DNA from: Nitrospirota bacterium
Lineage (GTDB): Bacteria > Nitrospirota > UBA9217
Direction: 5' to 3'
Length of the DNA stretch: 64,000 nucleotides
NCBI GenBank assembly: GCA_963741205.1
Contig: CAVUHW010000020.1
Coordinates: 160,001-224,000 of the forward strand
Shown: one piece after another, positions 1 to 10,196 of the stretch
How the letters are laid out: every line of letters starts with the position of its first letter
Numbering within the stretch: position 1 is the first letter of the stretch
Notes under the pieces: generated by a model
Told to the model about the DNA's origin: nothing
Databases searched by the model: none
What the model saw: only the letters and a program-made list of their open reading frames with translations
Position numbers and translations under genes: made by a program

Positions 1-1294
1 AGAAGGGCGCAAAGATCGGCTACGCCTACACGAGCGTCAGGCCCGAAGCCGATACATACCACCTCTACGAGGAATCGGAGCTCGACATCCTCGCCCTCGG
101 GTCCGTGCAGCGGGTGAAAACGGTCATCAACAGTTATACGACCAGGAACTTCCTTCTCAAGTATTTCGATTTTTCCCTGCAGTCAGAGGCTACCACGATG
201 AAGATCAAGGGCGCCGTGGTGGGCAAGAAGCTTATTCTGGACATCACGACCGGTGGCCAGACCCGCACGGAGAGAATTCCTCTGGCCTCTCCCCCCTATC
301 TGTCGCCGAACGTCAAGCCGGCCATTCTTCTCGCCGGCCTGGAAACAGGCAAGAAATATCGCTTCCCAATTTTTAATCCTGCGACCATGAGCACCGAGGA
401 TGCCGATATCACCGTCGAGTCCAGGGAGCGCATCAAGATCGGATCCACGGAACAAAATGTTTACAGACTCAAGGAGTCCTTCCAGGGGATGGAGACAACG
501 TCATGGGTAAACCAGGACGGTGAAACGCTCAAGGAAGAAAGCGCCCTCGGCTATGTCCTGCTGAAGGAACCGATGGCCCAGGCAAAAAAACGGGACAAAG
601 GCGGGCCGGTCATCGACATCATAACGCTAACGATGATACCTTCAGATCCGATCAAGGGACTCGTCAAAGGTAAACTACCTCCGTGCCAGACTGAAAGGCG
701 TCGCCCTCACGGGCTTCCAACTGGAGGGTGACCGCCAGGCTCTCACGGGGGACGTGATCGAAATCAAAGGAGACGACGTCCCCGTTGACTACCGCCTTCC
801 CTATTCCGGCAAGGAAATGGCAGATTACCTGCATGCCGAACGCTCTGATCCAGAGCGATGATAAAAAGATCGTCGACCAATCGTTCAAGATACTCTCCGG
901 TGAGAAAAATGCCCGTGAAGCAGCGAGAAAGTTGAACGACTGGGTCTATACCGTCATCGAGAAAAAGCCGGTGGTAAGCATCCCCAGCGCCCTCGAAGTC
1001 CTGAAGCAGCGTGAGGGCGACTGCAACGAGCATACGGCGTTGTACACCGCCCTTGCCCGCGCGGCAGGCATTCCAACTCGCATGGCAGCCGGGATCGTAT
1101 ACCTCGGCGACGGGTTTTATTATCACGCCTGGCCGGAAATATGGATCGGTAAATGGATAGCAGTGGATCCGACCTTCAACCAGTTTCCCGCTGACGCCAC
1201 CCACATCAGGTTCGTGACCGGGAACCTCGACCGGCAGTCGGACATAATCAGGCTGGTCGGGAAATTGAAGGTGGAGGTGCTGGAGTATCGGTGA
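1..1294 (+). CDS. Transglutaminase-like domain protein (5' partial, frameshifted near 660-790)
   Basis: The reading frame is open from base 3. The C-terminal ORF 785-1294 has GDCNEH, HAWPE and DPT transglutaminase triad motifs. Confidence 0.85.
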
Positions 1295-1325
1295 AATGCG
1301 GAATGCGGATTTCTGAATGCGGAAT
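1295..1325. repeat. Short heptamer-type tandem repeat (AATGCGG units)
   Basis: aatgcggaatgcggatttctgaatgcggaat. Confidence 0.6.
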
Positions 1326-1337
1326 ATCTCCCTTATA

Positions 1338-1452
1338 TGTCATTCCCGAATGGTTCTATCGGGAATCCATTTTGAATCTAGTCTTTATAAGCCAATGGAT
1401 TCCCGCTCCCCGATTGAATCATTCGAGGACAAGTTTCGCAGCGGGAATGACA
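1338..1452. repeat. Palindromic intergenic repeat (TGTCATTCCCG...CGGGAATGACA family)
   Basis: Terminal inverted repeat with internal GGAATCCA/TGGATTCC arms. Related copies occur elsewhere in the window. Confidence 0.8.
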
Positions 1453-1474
1453 ACCTGAACAGATACAAAAATAC

Positions 1475-2203
1475 ATGATCAAACTCATCAACCTCACGAA
1501 AAAATACGGCAAGCTTACCGCGGTGAACGGCATAAACCTGGAGGTTGCCGAAGGCGAAGTGTTCGGGTTTCTCGGTCCGAACGGAGCGGGCAAGACCACG
1601 ACCATCAGGATGATGGCGGGCCTGCTCCAGCCGACGAGCGGCAGCGCGCTGATCGGCGGGTTCGACGTGCAGAAAGAGCCTCTCAAGGCCAAATGCATCA
1701 CCGGGTTCATCCCGGACAGGCCCTATCTGTACGAGAAACTCACGGCAACGGAATTTATGTTCTTCGTGGCCAGGCTTTATGAAATGAACGATTCGAAGAA
1801 GCGCATCGCCGAGCTTCTCGATCTCTTCGGCCTCCCCGACTGGAAGGACGAACTCATCGAGAACTTTTCGCACGGCATGAAGCAGCGCCTCGTCATGGCC
1901 TCGGCCCTGCTCCATCATCCGAAGGTCCTCGTGGTGGACGAACCCATGGTCGGCCTGGACCCCCGGGGCGCGCGTCTCGTAAAGGATATTTTCAAGGACC
2001 TCGCGTCGAAAGGCGTGACCGTATTCATGTCCACGCACACCCTCGAAATCGTCGAGCAGATGTGCACGCGGGTCGCCATCATCAACAAGGGCGACATCAT
2101 AGCGGAAGGAAGCGTCGAAGACCTGGGCCGCATGGCCCGCATGCAGGGAAGCCACCTGGAGCCGATTTTCCTCAAGCTGACCGGCGGGGATGAGGCCATG
2201 TGA
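1475..2203 (+). CDS. ABC-2 type transporter ATP-binding protein
   Basis: Walker A GPNGAGKT, signature FSHGMKQR, Walker B VVDEP, H-loop STH. Confidence 0.95.
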   Translation: MIKLINLTKKYGKLTAVNGINLEVAEGEVFGFLGPNGAGKTTTIRMMAGLLQPTSGSALIGGFDVQKEPLKAKCITGFIPDRPYLYEKLTATEFMFFVARLYEMNDSKKRIAELLDLFGLPDWKDELIENFSHGMKQRLVMASALLHHPKVLVVDEPMVGLDPRGARLVKDIFKDLASKGVTVFMSTHTLEIVEQMCTRVAIINKGDIIAEGSVEDLGRMARMQGSHLEPIFLKLTGGDEAM

Positions 2204-2396
2204 ACAAGACCCGTACGTATCCATCTGCTTCAGCATCATGACTCGGGAGAGAGCAGGCCTTTTGTTACAATTGAAATTCTCTCTGTATTCTCGGGTCGCA
2301 AAGTGGTATAATATTTACAACTTTATTTTGTTTTTTCTTGCCGGCATTTTCAAATTGCATATTCGGGAACTCGTTCATTCCGGCTGAGGGTATAAA

Positions 2397-3107
2397 ATGA
2401 AAAAGATCAGCATGATAACGGGGGCGATGGTTTTTTGCCTTCTGATTGTTTCGGGCTGCAGTAATGGTGGTAGCACCAGTACGCCATCTCCCGACACTCT
2501 CTCTCCTACGGTGGCTACAGATGCCAAAGCTGTGGCTTTAAGCCCGGATAGTCTTCAGTTAACTTGGGGAGCGGCAAGCGACAACATCGGAGTCACCAAA
2601 TATGAAATCTATGTCGGAGGCGTCTTATTGACATCCGTTGAAACAACGACATTTTTGTATAAAGGTTTGACGCCGGGAACTGAGTATTGCTGCACGGTGA
2701 TCGCGGTTGACGCGGCAGGCAATGAGTCCGCGGCAAGCGATCCACCGGCCTGCGCCACCACGCCCGCGGTAAATGATATCACATTGCCAACCGTGACTTC
2801 TACCACCCCCACAGATAATGCGGGAAATGTGGCAGTGGATGCGGTCATAACCGTGGTATTCTCGGAACCTATGTCGGAACCTACAGTCACAGCCCTCTCT
2901 AATTTTTCCTGTATTGCCAGCGGAGGCGGGGCCATTTCAGATTCAGTATCCTACGACTTCAACACCAATACGGCGACGTTCACGCCTTCTCTAGCCCTGG
3001 TATCTTCCACAATTTACACGTGCAGGGTTTCTAAAAATGTAACAGATACCTCGGGGCACGGGATGTCGGTAGATTATGTTTGGAGTTTCAGGACTGTGGG
3101 GCCGTAA
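2397..3107 (+). CDS. Lipoprotein with fibronectin type III and bacterial Ig-like (Big_5-like) domains
   Basis: Lipobox VSGC; FN3 motifs W..ASDN.GV..Y and GL.PGT.Y...V.A.DAAGN.S; PTV.ST.P...I.V.FSE.M. Lower GC than flanks. Confidence 0.8.
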   Translation: MKKISMITGAMVFCLLIVSGCSNGGSTSTPSPDTLSPTVATDAKAVALSPDSLQLTWGAASDNIGVTKYEIYVGGVLLTSVETTTFLYKGLTPGTEYCCTVIAVDAAGNESAASDPPACATTPAVNDITLPTVTSTTPTDNAGNVAVDAVITVVFSEPMSEPTVTALSNFSCIASGGGAISDSVSYDFNTNTATFTPSLALVSSTIYTCRVSKNVTDTSGHGMSVDYVWSFRTVGP

Positions 3108-3132
3108 CCGGATTATTTTCATTGTCCTTAAC

Positions 3133-3165
3133 AGCCACCGGGTAAATCCTGGTGGCTTTTTTTTT
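3133..3165 (+). terminator. Rho-independent terminator
   Basis: agccacc...ggtggct stem followed by a T run. Confidence 0.85.
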
Positions 3166-3194
3166 AGACAAGGGATCTAAAGTTGTCGGTGTAC

Positions 3195-3332
3195 TAACAG
3201 GCCGCTGAAAAAGTCGCTATCCGACAAATAACGCACCCTAAAGGGTGCGGCTACCTTATAGGTTATCAAAGCGTTGCGTTTTGGTAGCCGAAGGCTTTAG
3301 CCTGCGCGAAATAGTTTTTCAACAGCCTGCTA
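3195..3332. mobile_element. MITE-like element containing a REP-like pair
   Basis: Imperfect 18-bp terminal inverted repeats (taacaggccgctgaaaaa / tttttcaacagcctgcta). Internal cgcaccctaaagggtgcggctac and gtagccgaaggctttagcctgcg. Confidence 0.65.
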
Positions 3333-3428
3333 AACAAAAATCCCGTTCTTCTGCAGAACAAGATTTCAAAATCTGCATCCGCACTAAGCGTTGGGCGGTT
3401 TCCCAAGCGTCAAAAAACTATTATGCTA

Positions 3429-3477
3429 GCCCCGCCATCGTGTATAATACTCGCATGTTCCTGCTTCTGACCCCGCG
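3429..3477 (+). repeat. Direct repeat of the promoter and first 8 codons of the permease gene (other copy 8246-8295)
   Basis: gccccgcc(c)atcgtgtataatac(t/c)cgcatgttcctgcttctgaccccgcg present twice. Confidence 0.9.
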
Positions 3478-3513
3478 CGCCCGTCACATGCAGCGAACAA
3501 ACAGGAGGTCCGC

Positions 3514-4413
3514 GTGGAGCGGCACGAGAGGTTCGGAAACGCTGAAAGGGTCATTCAGATAGGCTTCTGGGTCAACGCGGTTCTTATGACGATGAAGCTT
3601 CTCGCAGGCTACTTCGGCAAGTCGGAAGCGGTTTTTGCCGACGGCTTGGAGAGCGCCGCGGATTTCATCGCTCTAGGGTCGAGCATGATCGCTCTGCGCA
3701 TCGGCAGCAGGCCCTTCGACGAGGCGCATCCCTACGGTCATGGTCGGGCCGAGAGCATCGCCGCGGTCGTTGTGTCGCTTGTTATTTTCGCCACAGGCGG
3801 CTGGATCCTCGTCCGGTCCGTTCACGTTATCATCGACGGGGCTTACAATATTCCGGCAGCGATGGCAGTCGCTGCGGCATTCCTGACGATCATCATTAAA
3901 GAGGCCCTGTACCGCTATTCTTTCACGATTGGGAACAGACTGGGAAGTCCCGCCATTCTTGCCGTGGCTAAGGACCACCGGAAGGACGCTATCACGTCGG
4001 TCAGCACTCTCGTGGGCGTCACTGGCGCCTTTTTCGGCTTCGCCGTACTCGACCCTATTGCGGCTGGTATCACCTCGATATTTATATTCCACATCGGGTA
4101 TGAAACATTTATGGGAGCGGCCCACGACCTGATGGACGGCAAGCCCGCCGACGATTGCGTGGAGGGAATAGGGGAACTCGCCCAAAAGGTAGCCGGTGTC
4201 GAACATGTTCATGAAATTCGCTGCCGTCGTTCGGGCCAATTTTTGATCGTTGACTTAAAGCTCGACATGGACCCGGAGATGACTGTACGGAAATCCCATG
4301 CAATCGCCACCACCGTAAAGGAACGTATTTTTGAAAGCTATCCGAATGTCGGAGATGTTATGATCCACGTCAATCCCCACGAAGACGACCATCAGGATCT
4401 CATCCGCCTGTAA
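3514..4413 (+). CDS. Cation diffusion facilitator (FieF-like) transporter
   Basis: HPYGHGRAE, DHRKD and C-terminal DVMIHVNP motifs; multiple TM helices. Confidence 0.92.
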   Translation: MERHERFGNAERVIQIGFWVNAVLMTMKLLAGYFGKSEAVFADGLESAADFIALGSSMIALRIGSRPFDEAHPYGHGRAESIAAVVVSLVIFATGGWILVRSVHVIIDGAYNIPAAMAVAAAFLTIIIKEALYRYSFTIGNRLGSPAILAVAKDHRKDAITSVSTLVGVTGAFFGFAVLDPIAAGITSIFIFHIGYETFMGAAHDLMDGKPADDCVEGIGELAQKVAGVEHVHEIRCRRSGQFLIVDLKLDMDPEMTVRKSHAIATTVKERIFESYPNVGDVMIHVNPHEDDHQDLIRL

Positions 4414-4486
4414 AGCCCGTGGCAACATGTCTTTGGCCCACTGCTCCCTGATAACAGCCCCACCCGGATCGCTCACTCTGGCCCTA

Positions 4487-4896
4487 TGAAGCTTTTCGAG
4501 AATATCATCATCGCAGACTTCAGGTCCCGGCCCAACCACTTTGTCGTAGAGTGCAGGGTCGATGGCCGGAACGTCCGCGCCTACCTTCCGACTCCCGGCA
4601 GTCTCTGGGAACTCCTCTTTCCCGGAGCCCGTCTCTTTCTTACGGTAATTCCTCCTTCTCCTTAAAGGAGCCTGAAGTATATGACAGTCGCCGCGGAGCG
4701 GAACGGGAGGCCAATCATGCTCCATACCCATTACAATCATACCGTTGCCCGCCGTCTCATGGAGCAGAACCGGATACCGGGTCTTGAAGGAGCGGTGATT
4801 ATAAAAGCAGAGCACACTGTCGGACACAGCAGGTTCGACTTCCTGCTCAGGAAAGACAACCGCGATATCCTCCTCGAAGTCAAGTCCTGTACGCTT
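4487..4896 (+). pseudogene. sfsA: sfsA (sugar fermentation stimulation nuclease) N-terminal part, interrupted by IS
   Basis: MKLFE...RPNHF...AYLPTPGSLWELL and SRFDFLL...LEVKSCTL, ending exactly at the IS end. The downstream FPDA motif is absent. Confidence 0.85.
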
Positions 4897-5050
4897 ATGA
4901 ACTACCCGCCACTGAGCCAATTACATGGTTGCAGTGGGGGTTTCACGGATCATAGAAGCATGCAGTCCCTGAGTAGTTCCCAAGGCCTGTCTTATCTGCT
5001 TCTCCCCGCGCGTGACTTCGGCCGGTTCCCGGCCTAGTGTTTCCTTCTTC
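4897..5050 (-). ncRNA. Putative TnpB omega/reRNA scaffold overlapping the tnpB 3' end
   Basis: By analogy with TnpB systems: ggccgggaaccggcc hairpin and terminal gaaacccccactg...cagtggcgggtagttcat hairpin. The 5' boundary is approximate. Confidence 0.6.
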
Positions 5051-7985
5051 CTTAGCCGCATGGCGCGTTTCCTATGCTTTACGGTGATTTCGCCAGATAC
5101 GAGCATTTCTATGCCGCGCTTCTTGATAACGAGAGACGCATTGGTATCGGCGTTTTCCGTAAAGCCACAGCTCTGGCAATCGAACACCGCCTGTGACTGG
5201 CGATTGTCCGGGTGAGTGTGCGAACACTTCGAACACTCCTGTGAGGTGCCGTGCGGCGGTATGGCGATAACGAGCTTGTTGCGTCGTGAGGCTTTGTACG
5301 TCGTAAAGAGTTTTACCTTGCCCCACGCTGATTCGAGTATGGACTTGTTGAGACCGGCCTTGGCCTTTGCCCCGTTCGGAATATACGTCCCGCCGGCCGA
5401 CTTCTTAGGTTTTGGCGCTCTGGTCATGTTCTTGACCTTGAGGTCCTCGAAGACGAACACCTCCGCGGGTGAATCCACGAGCTTGCGGCTGGCCTTATGC
5501 GCGAAATCATGCCTCACATTGGCAGCATACGCCTGGCACCGGGCTGATTTCGCTGCTGATTGCTTAAAGCGGCCGGATCCTTTGATCCGCCTCGCCAATT
5601 GCCTCTGATATCTCTTCTTCCGGGCATCCTTTTTTGCCAGACGCTCTTTTTGGATGCCGGAGAAGTCATGCACCGAGCCGTCGCTTGTTGCCAGCGGGAT
5701 TACAACCCCTCGGTCCATTCCCAGGGTAACGGTATTAAGACTCTCTGAAGACATGCCGCCGTAAAGCTCGAGAAGTTCCTGCTCGCTCAAAACTGTGCCT
5801 TGCTTCTCATAGGAGAAGGAGACATACCATTTCCCGGACTCCCGGGAAATGGTGATGGCCGCCGGAATCTCGTACTCGTCGTGAGCCTTGAACTTAAGTT
5901 CGCCCAGATCGACCGACTTTGTGCCAAGCATCAGCCGGTGCTCATATATTGTTTTGTCCTGCCGCTGTTTTGAGCCTCCAGTAGGAACGAACCTGAATAG
6001 CTCGCTGGTAATCCAGACGGACTGCCGCCCCGCCTTCTTTTTATAAGCAGGGCGACCAGCCAGTCCTGTCAGGTACCTCTTGTAGGAGCCCATGAACCTG
6101 GTTGCGCCGTTTCTTAGCACCTGTGACGGCACATCGTAGAGCTTGCTATATTGTAGAAAGTAGCTAAGCCCAATAAAAAAGGCTATACTCACTTTCTTGA
6201 TTTGGAACCAGCTGGGGAGTTGGTAAATCCAAACCATAGAAAGGAGCATAGCCGTGAAAAGGATTAAACCAAAAAAGACCAGAGCGGTCAATCAAAATGT
6301 TCTTATCGCCACCGTTGACGGAGGCAAGGACACTCATTACGGATATTACCGCTGTCCTGATGGCACCGACTGCAAAGCGTTCGACTTTTGGAACAATGGA
6401 CGCGGCTTTCAAGAGTTTTGGGAGCGTATCTCGTCGGCAGCCAAGAACCCATGGTCTTGAAGAAATAATCGTTGGCTTTGAATCCACCGGGCCATACATG
6501 GAACCCTTGACGCAGTTTCTGAGAAGCAAGAAGGGCGTCCGGCTGGTGCAGGTCAACCCGATGCACACGAAGCGGCTGAAGGAGCTTTCGGGCAATTCGC
6601 CGCTCAAGACCGACCGGAAGGACCCGAAGGTCATTGCAGACATCATCGAACTTGGCCATGCTCTGACCGTGGTGATCCCCGAGGGAGCCGGCGGCAGAGC
6701 TTCGAAGGCTCACTCAGGGCAAGAGAACGAACGATTGAAAGCCGTACGAGGTTGTTTAATCAGCTGCAGAGTCTCCTGGTGATCAGCTTTCCCGAGTTTT
6801 TGCAGGTGATGAAGGATGTGAAGACCGCGAGCGCCCAGCACCTTTTGCGGCATTATCCGACGCCGCAGGACATTGTGGCTCTCGGAGAATCCGCCCTGGC
6901 TGCTTTACTCCGAAAAGTCAGCCGGGGGAAGCTTAGAGAAGACCGTGCCAGAGCGCTTTTTGAGGCCGCAAGCGAATCGGTCGGCCTTAAGGATGGTCGC
7001 AGAGCAGCATGCTCCTTGAGATCGAACTGATGCTTGATACCATAGCCACCTATGAGCGTTTTATCGAAGGTTTTGAGACTGAGATGTTGCGGCATCTGGA
7101 ACAGATTCCGTACAGCCGACGTGATTCTTTCGCTTAAAGGGATCGGCACGGTCACTGCAGCGGGGCTGATCGGCGAAGTAGGAGATTTCAGCAAGTTCGC
7201 CACCATCTCCGAGGTGATGAAACTTGCCGGGCTTGATCTGTATGAAGTCAGCTCGGGGAAACACCGGGGCAAACTTCGTATCTCCAAGCGAGGCAGGCCG
7301 CTTATGCGAAAGCTTCTGTACTTCGCGGCTCTTGAGCACTGTCCGGAAGGGCGGCGTGATGCATGAGTGGTATCAGCGCGCCCTGGGCCGGGGCATGATT
7401 AAGACCAAGGCCTTGGTGGCGGTCAGCCGGAAGCTTTTGGGAATTATTTTTGCTTTGGTACGTGATCATAGTGTTTACGTAGAGAACTATGCGAAACAAA
7501 AACCGATTTTACAGGAGGCTGCTTAAACTAAGACGATCGTTGCGTGTAAGCGGGGAGATTATCGTTCGCTTCATCTAAGGCGGCTATGCCGACCTTCTCA
7601 TAAAGCCTACATAACTCCCCGCTTGCACCTTATTTCCAATAAAGCAAGATCAGGGCTCTGTAGAGACCCTTTAAACCAGAGTTGGAAAAGGTGCCGCACT
7701 CAAAGATCAATATCTCTTAAAAAGCAATGCCTCTAAAAAAAGTACTTGACAAAAACAAACCAGAAACGGAGTGAGATCCTTGTCCTTAAACTGGGCGTAT
7801 TGCTGATCAATCGGCGGCTGTAGTCCGGTCAGCGACAGTGAATGATTCCGGAAAGTACGGAAATAACGCTCTTCGGCAACCTTGGCGTTGTAGATAAACC
7901 GCTGGCAGCCCATCCACTGCGCGAGAATATCGGACTGCTCCGTTGTCGGGTAGCAACGGAATTTTATGCCGCTTGAAATCGCCAC
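4921..7985 (-). CDS. tnpB: RNA-guided endonuclease TnpB split by IS110 (join 7985-7764 + 6141-4921 = 480 aa)
   Basis: HTH start KFRCYPT, RuvC motifs GMDRG, VFEDL and NADTNAS, zinc finger CSKC/CQSC. Joining across the IS110 restores PF|LYDV in frame. Confidence 0.92.
6254..7526 (+). CDS. IS110-family DEDD recombinase/transposase (several frameshifts)
   Basis: VDGGKD, FESTG, VNP, KTDRKD, GIG.VTA and SSG...ISKRG motifs across consecutive frames. Confidence 0.9.
7544..7694 (+). ncRNA. Putative bridge/seek RNA in the IS110 right non-coding end
   Basis: Two consecutive stem / internal loop / hairpin modules. The second loop contains agcaag and aaaccag, matching both sides of the circle junction. 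Confidence 0.75.
7746..7751 (+). promoter_or_regulatory. -35 box of the IS110 circle-junction promoter (pairs with TATATT at 6147-6152)
   Basis: Circularisation gives TTGACA-17 nt-TATATT with a TG extension. Confidence 0.85.
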
Positions 7986-8272
7986 ATCTCTAATATAGGT
8001 GATGAATCCTGATAGTGCAACTGAATAATACGCTGTAGCCATCGGTACTATATTATAAGATTGCATATCGTTTCGTAGCACAGACAACGCACCAATCCAC
8101 ATCCAAAACAGTCCGCTTGACCCCCTCCTGACGCTTCGCCCCTAGCAGGGGGAATGCGCGGACTTTGTTCAGGATGGGCAGGCTTGAGGAGAAACTGGCG
8201 GAAGGCCTCGGCTGATTCGCACAACGTTAAAATGTTATTCGGCGCGCCCCGCCCATCGTGTATAATACCCGC

Positions 8273-9962
8273 ATGTTCCTGCTTCTGACCCCGCGTTATC
8301 ACGCCGTAAAAAACCGTCTCACCCGCCTGGCCCCCGGCGACGGGCTCAAGACAATCGTCCTTACGCTCCTCGGCCTTGCGTTCTGGGCCTTCATGTTCGG
8401 CGTGTCGTACCGCGTGCTCTCTTACTTCAGGACCATCGAGGGCTTGGGCGACCTCCTGGCGCTCCGTCTCCTTTCGATGATCCTCTTGACCTTCTTCTCC
8501 ATCCTCGTGTTCAGCAATATTGTCACGGCTCCTTTCGACGTTTTATCTTTCGGGTGAACTGGAGATCCTGCTCTCCGCGCCGGTCAGGACCGAAAGCATC
8601 TACCGGGCCAAGTATATCGAAACCATCATGGATTCATCATGGATGACGCTCATCTATGGTCTGCCGGTCTTCATCGCCTACGGGGCGGCATTCAAGGCGC
8701 CTTTCCTGTATTATCTCGGCCTCATTCTCACCATCGTCCCCTTTCTGTTCATCCCTGCGGCCCTTGGGACCGTCGTGACCATGCTGCTCGTCAATGCCTT
8801 CCCGGCCCGGCGGGCAAAGGACATCATCGTGCTTCTGGGACTTTTGTTCTTCGTGGTCTTGTATATTTTATTTCGCGTGCTGCAGCCGGAAAAACTCGTT
8901 GACCCCGACGCATTTCCCTCGCTCGTGCAGTATCTCACGGCCATGCGTACGCCGGTTTCTCCGCTTCTGCCGAGTTCGTGGGCGTCCGAGGTGCTCGCCC
9001 CCCTTCTGCGAAGGACAAACGGAGACGCGATATTTTATCTTCTGATGCTCTGGAGCACGGGCCTCGCCGGCATTGTCATCGGCGAATGGGCCTGCCTCAG
9101 GATTTACTATGCCGGCTGGTCCAGGTCTCAGGAAGGCAAAAAGGCCCGGATCTCACGCTCGCGGATGGCCGACCTGTTCTTCACAGCCGTGTCCCTGCCC
9201 TTTCGCGGGAAGATGCGTGCCATTGTGTTGAAGGACGTGAAGCTGTTCTTCCGGGACACATCCCAGTGGTCGCAGCTTTTTCTCATCTTCGCCCTGACGG
9301 TGGTCTATATATACAGTTTCAAACTCCTGCCCCTGGAACGCGCCCAGATGCCGAGCTTCTATCTGCAAAACCTCATTTCCTTCCTGAATCTCGGCATGGT
9401 GGGTTTCGTAATCTCCGCCGTATCGGTCCGTTTCGTCTTCCCCGCAGTGAGCCTCGAAGGCGCCTCGTTCTGGATCATCCGTTCCGCGCCGCTTTCCCTC
9501 AAGGATTTTCTCTGGGCAAAGTTCTGGAGCAGTCTTCTGCCGCTCCTCGTGCTCGCGGAAGTCCTGATTGTCTTGTCGAACTCCCTGCTGCAAGTAACTC
9601 CCTTTATGATGGCCCTTGGCGTCGTCACCGTCTTCATGATGACCTTCGGCATTACGTCGCTCGGCATAGGTCTCGGCGCCGTATTCCCCAGGTTCAAGCA
9701 TGACAATGTCGCCCAGATCCCGACAGGTTTCGGAGGCATCGTGTACATGCTGGTGACCATGATATTCATCGGCGTCGTCATCATCTTTGAAGCCTGGCCT
9801 GTGTATAGGATATTCATGGCCCAGACCACGGGCAGACCCATATCCGTCATGGGCTGGGTGGCGATCCTTGGTTCATTCATGATCGTCATCACCGTCAATA
9901 TTATGGCGCTTATTTTACCCATGAAGATCGGGTTTAAACGGCTTTCGGAGCATGAAGTATAG
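8273..9962 (+). CDS. ABC-2 type transporter permease (frameshift near 8530)
   Basis: Polytopic membrane protein with SLEG.SFWIIRS.P motif; probable partner of the ATPase at 1475. Confidence 0.85.
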
Positions 9963-9973
9963 TTTTAAGCCCA

Positions 9974-9989
9974 CCACAATATATTGTAT
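9974..9989. promoter_or_regulatory. NrdR-box-like palindrome upstream of smc
   Basis: CCACAATATATTGTAT, 14/16 match to ACACWATATATWGTGT. Confidence 0.5.
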
Positions 9990-10196
9990 ATACCACGCAA
10001 TACAATACCTTACCTTGTTATTTTTCCCTTTACAAACCACCCTTCTTATGATATAAAAACGGCTAAATAACAGTTATAAAAATATATTCCAAAGACACGA
10101 TTCCAAGTGCTTTAGAAATTGGTTATTGAGTTTAGAACATTATTTCGGATTTGGAATTTACCTTACTCTTTACTTGTTTTTCTAAAAAGGAGGCCT

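Larger units (their letters stand above)
6142..7763 (+). mobile_element. IS110-family insertion sequence with AG (CT on minus strand) core at both junctions
   Basis: Junctions acatcgtag-AG-cttgct and aaacc-AG-aaacggag. Removal restores tnpB, which is contiguous in copy 2. Confidence 0.93.
4897..8167 (-). mobile_element. IS200/IS605-family tnpB-only (IS1341-like) element, copy 1, carrying a nested IS110
   Basis: Homologous to 60725-62347 in inverted orientation. Subterminal hairpins at both ends, TGAA 5' of the left end, TCAT at the right end. No tnpA. Confidence 0.92.

Noticed and set aside
6142-6291. Hydrophobic N-terminus of ORF 4921-6291 as a membrane-anchored TnpB
   Set aside because: These residues are the antisense IS110 left end read into tnpB; the true N-terminus lies at 7985-7764.
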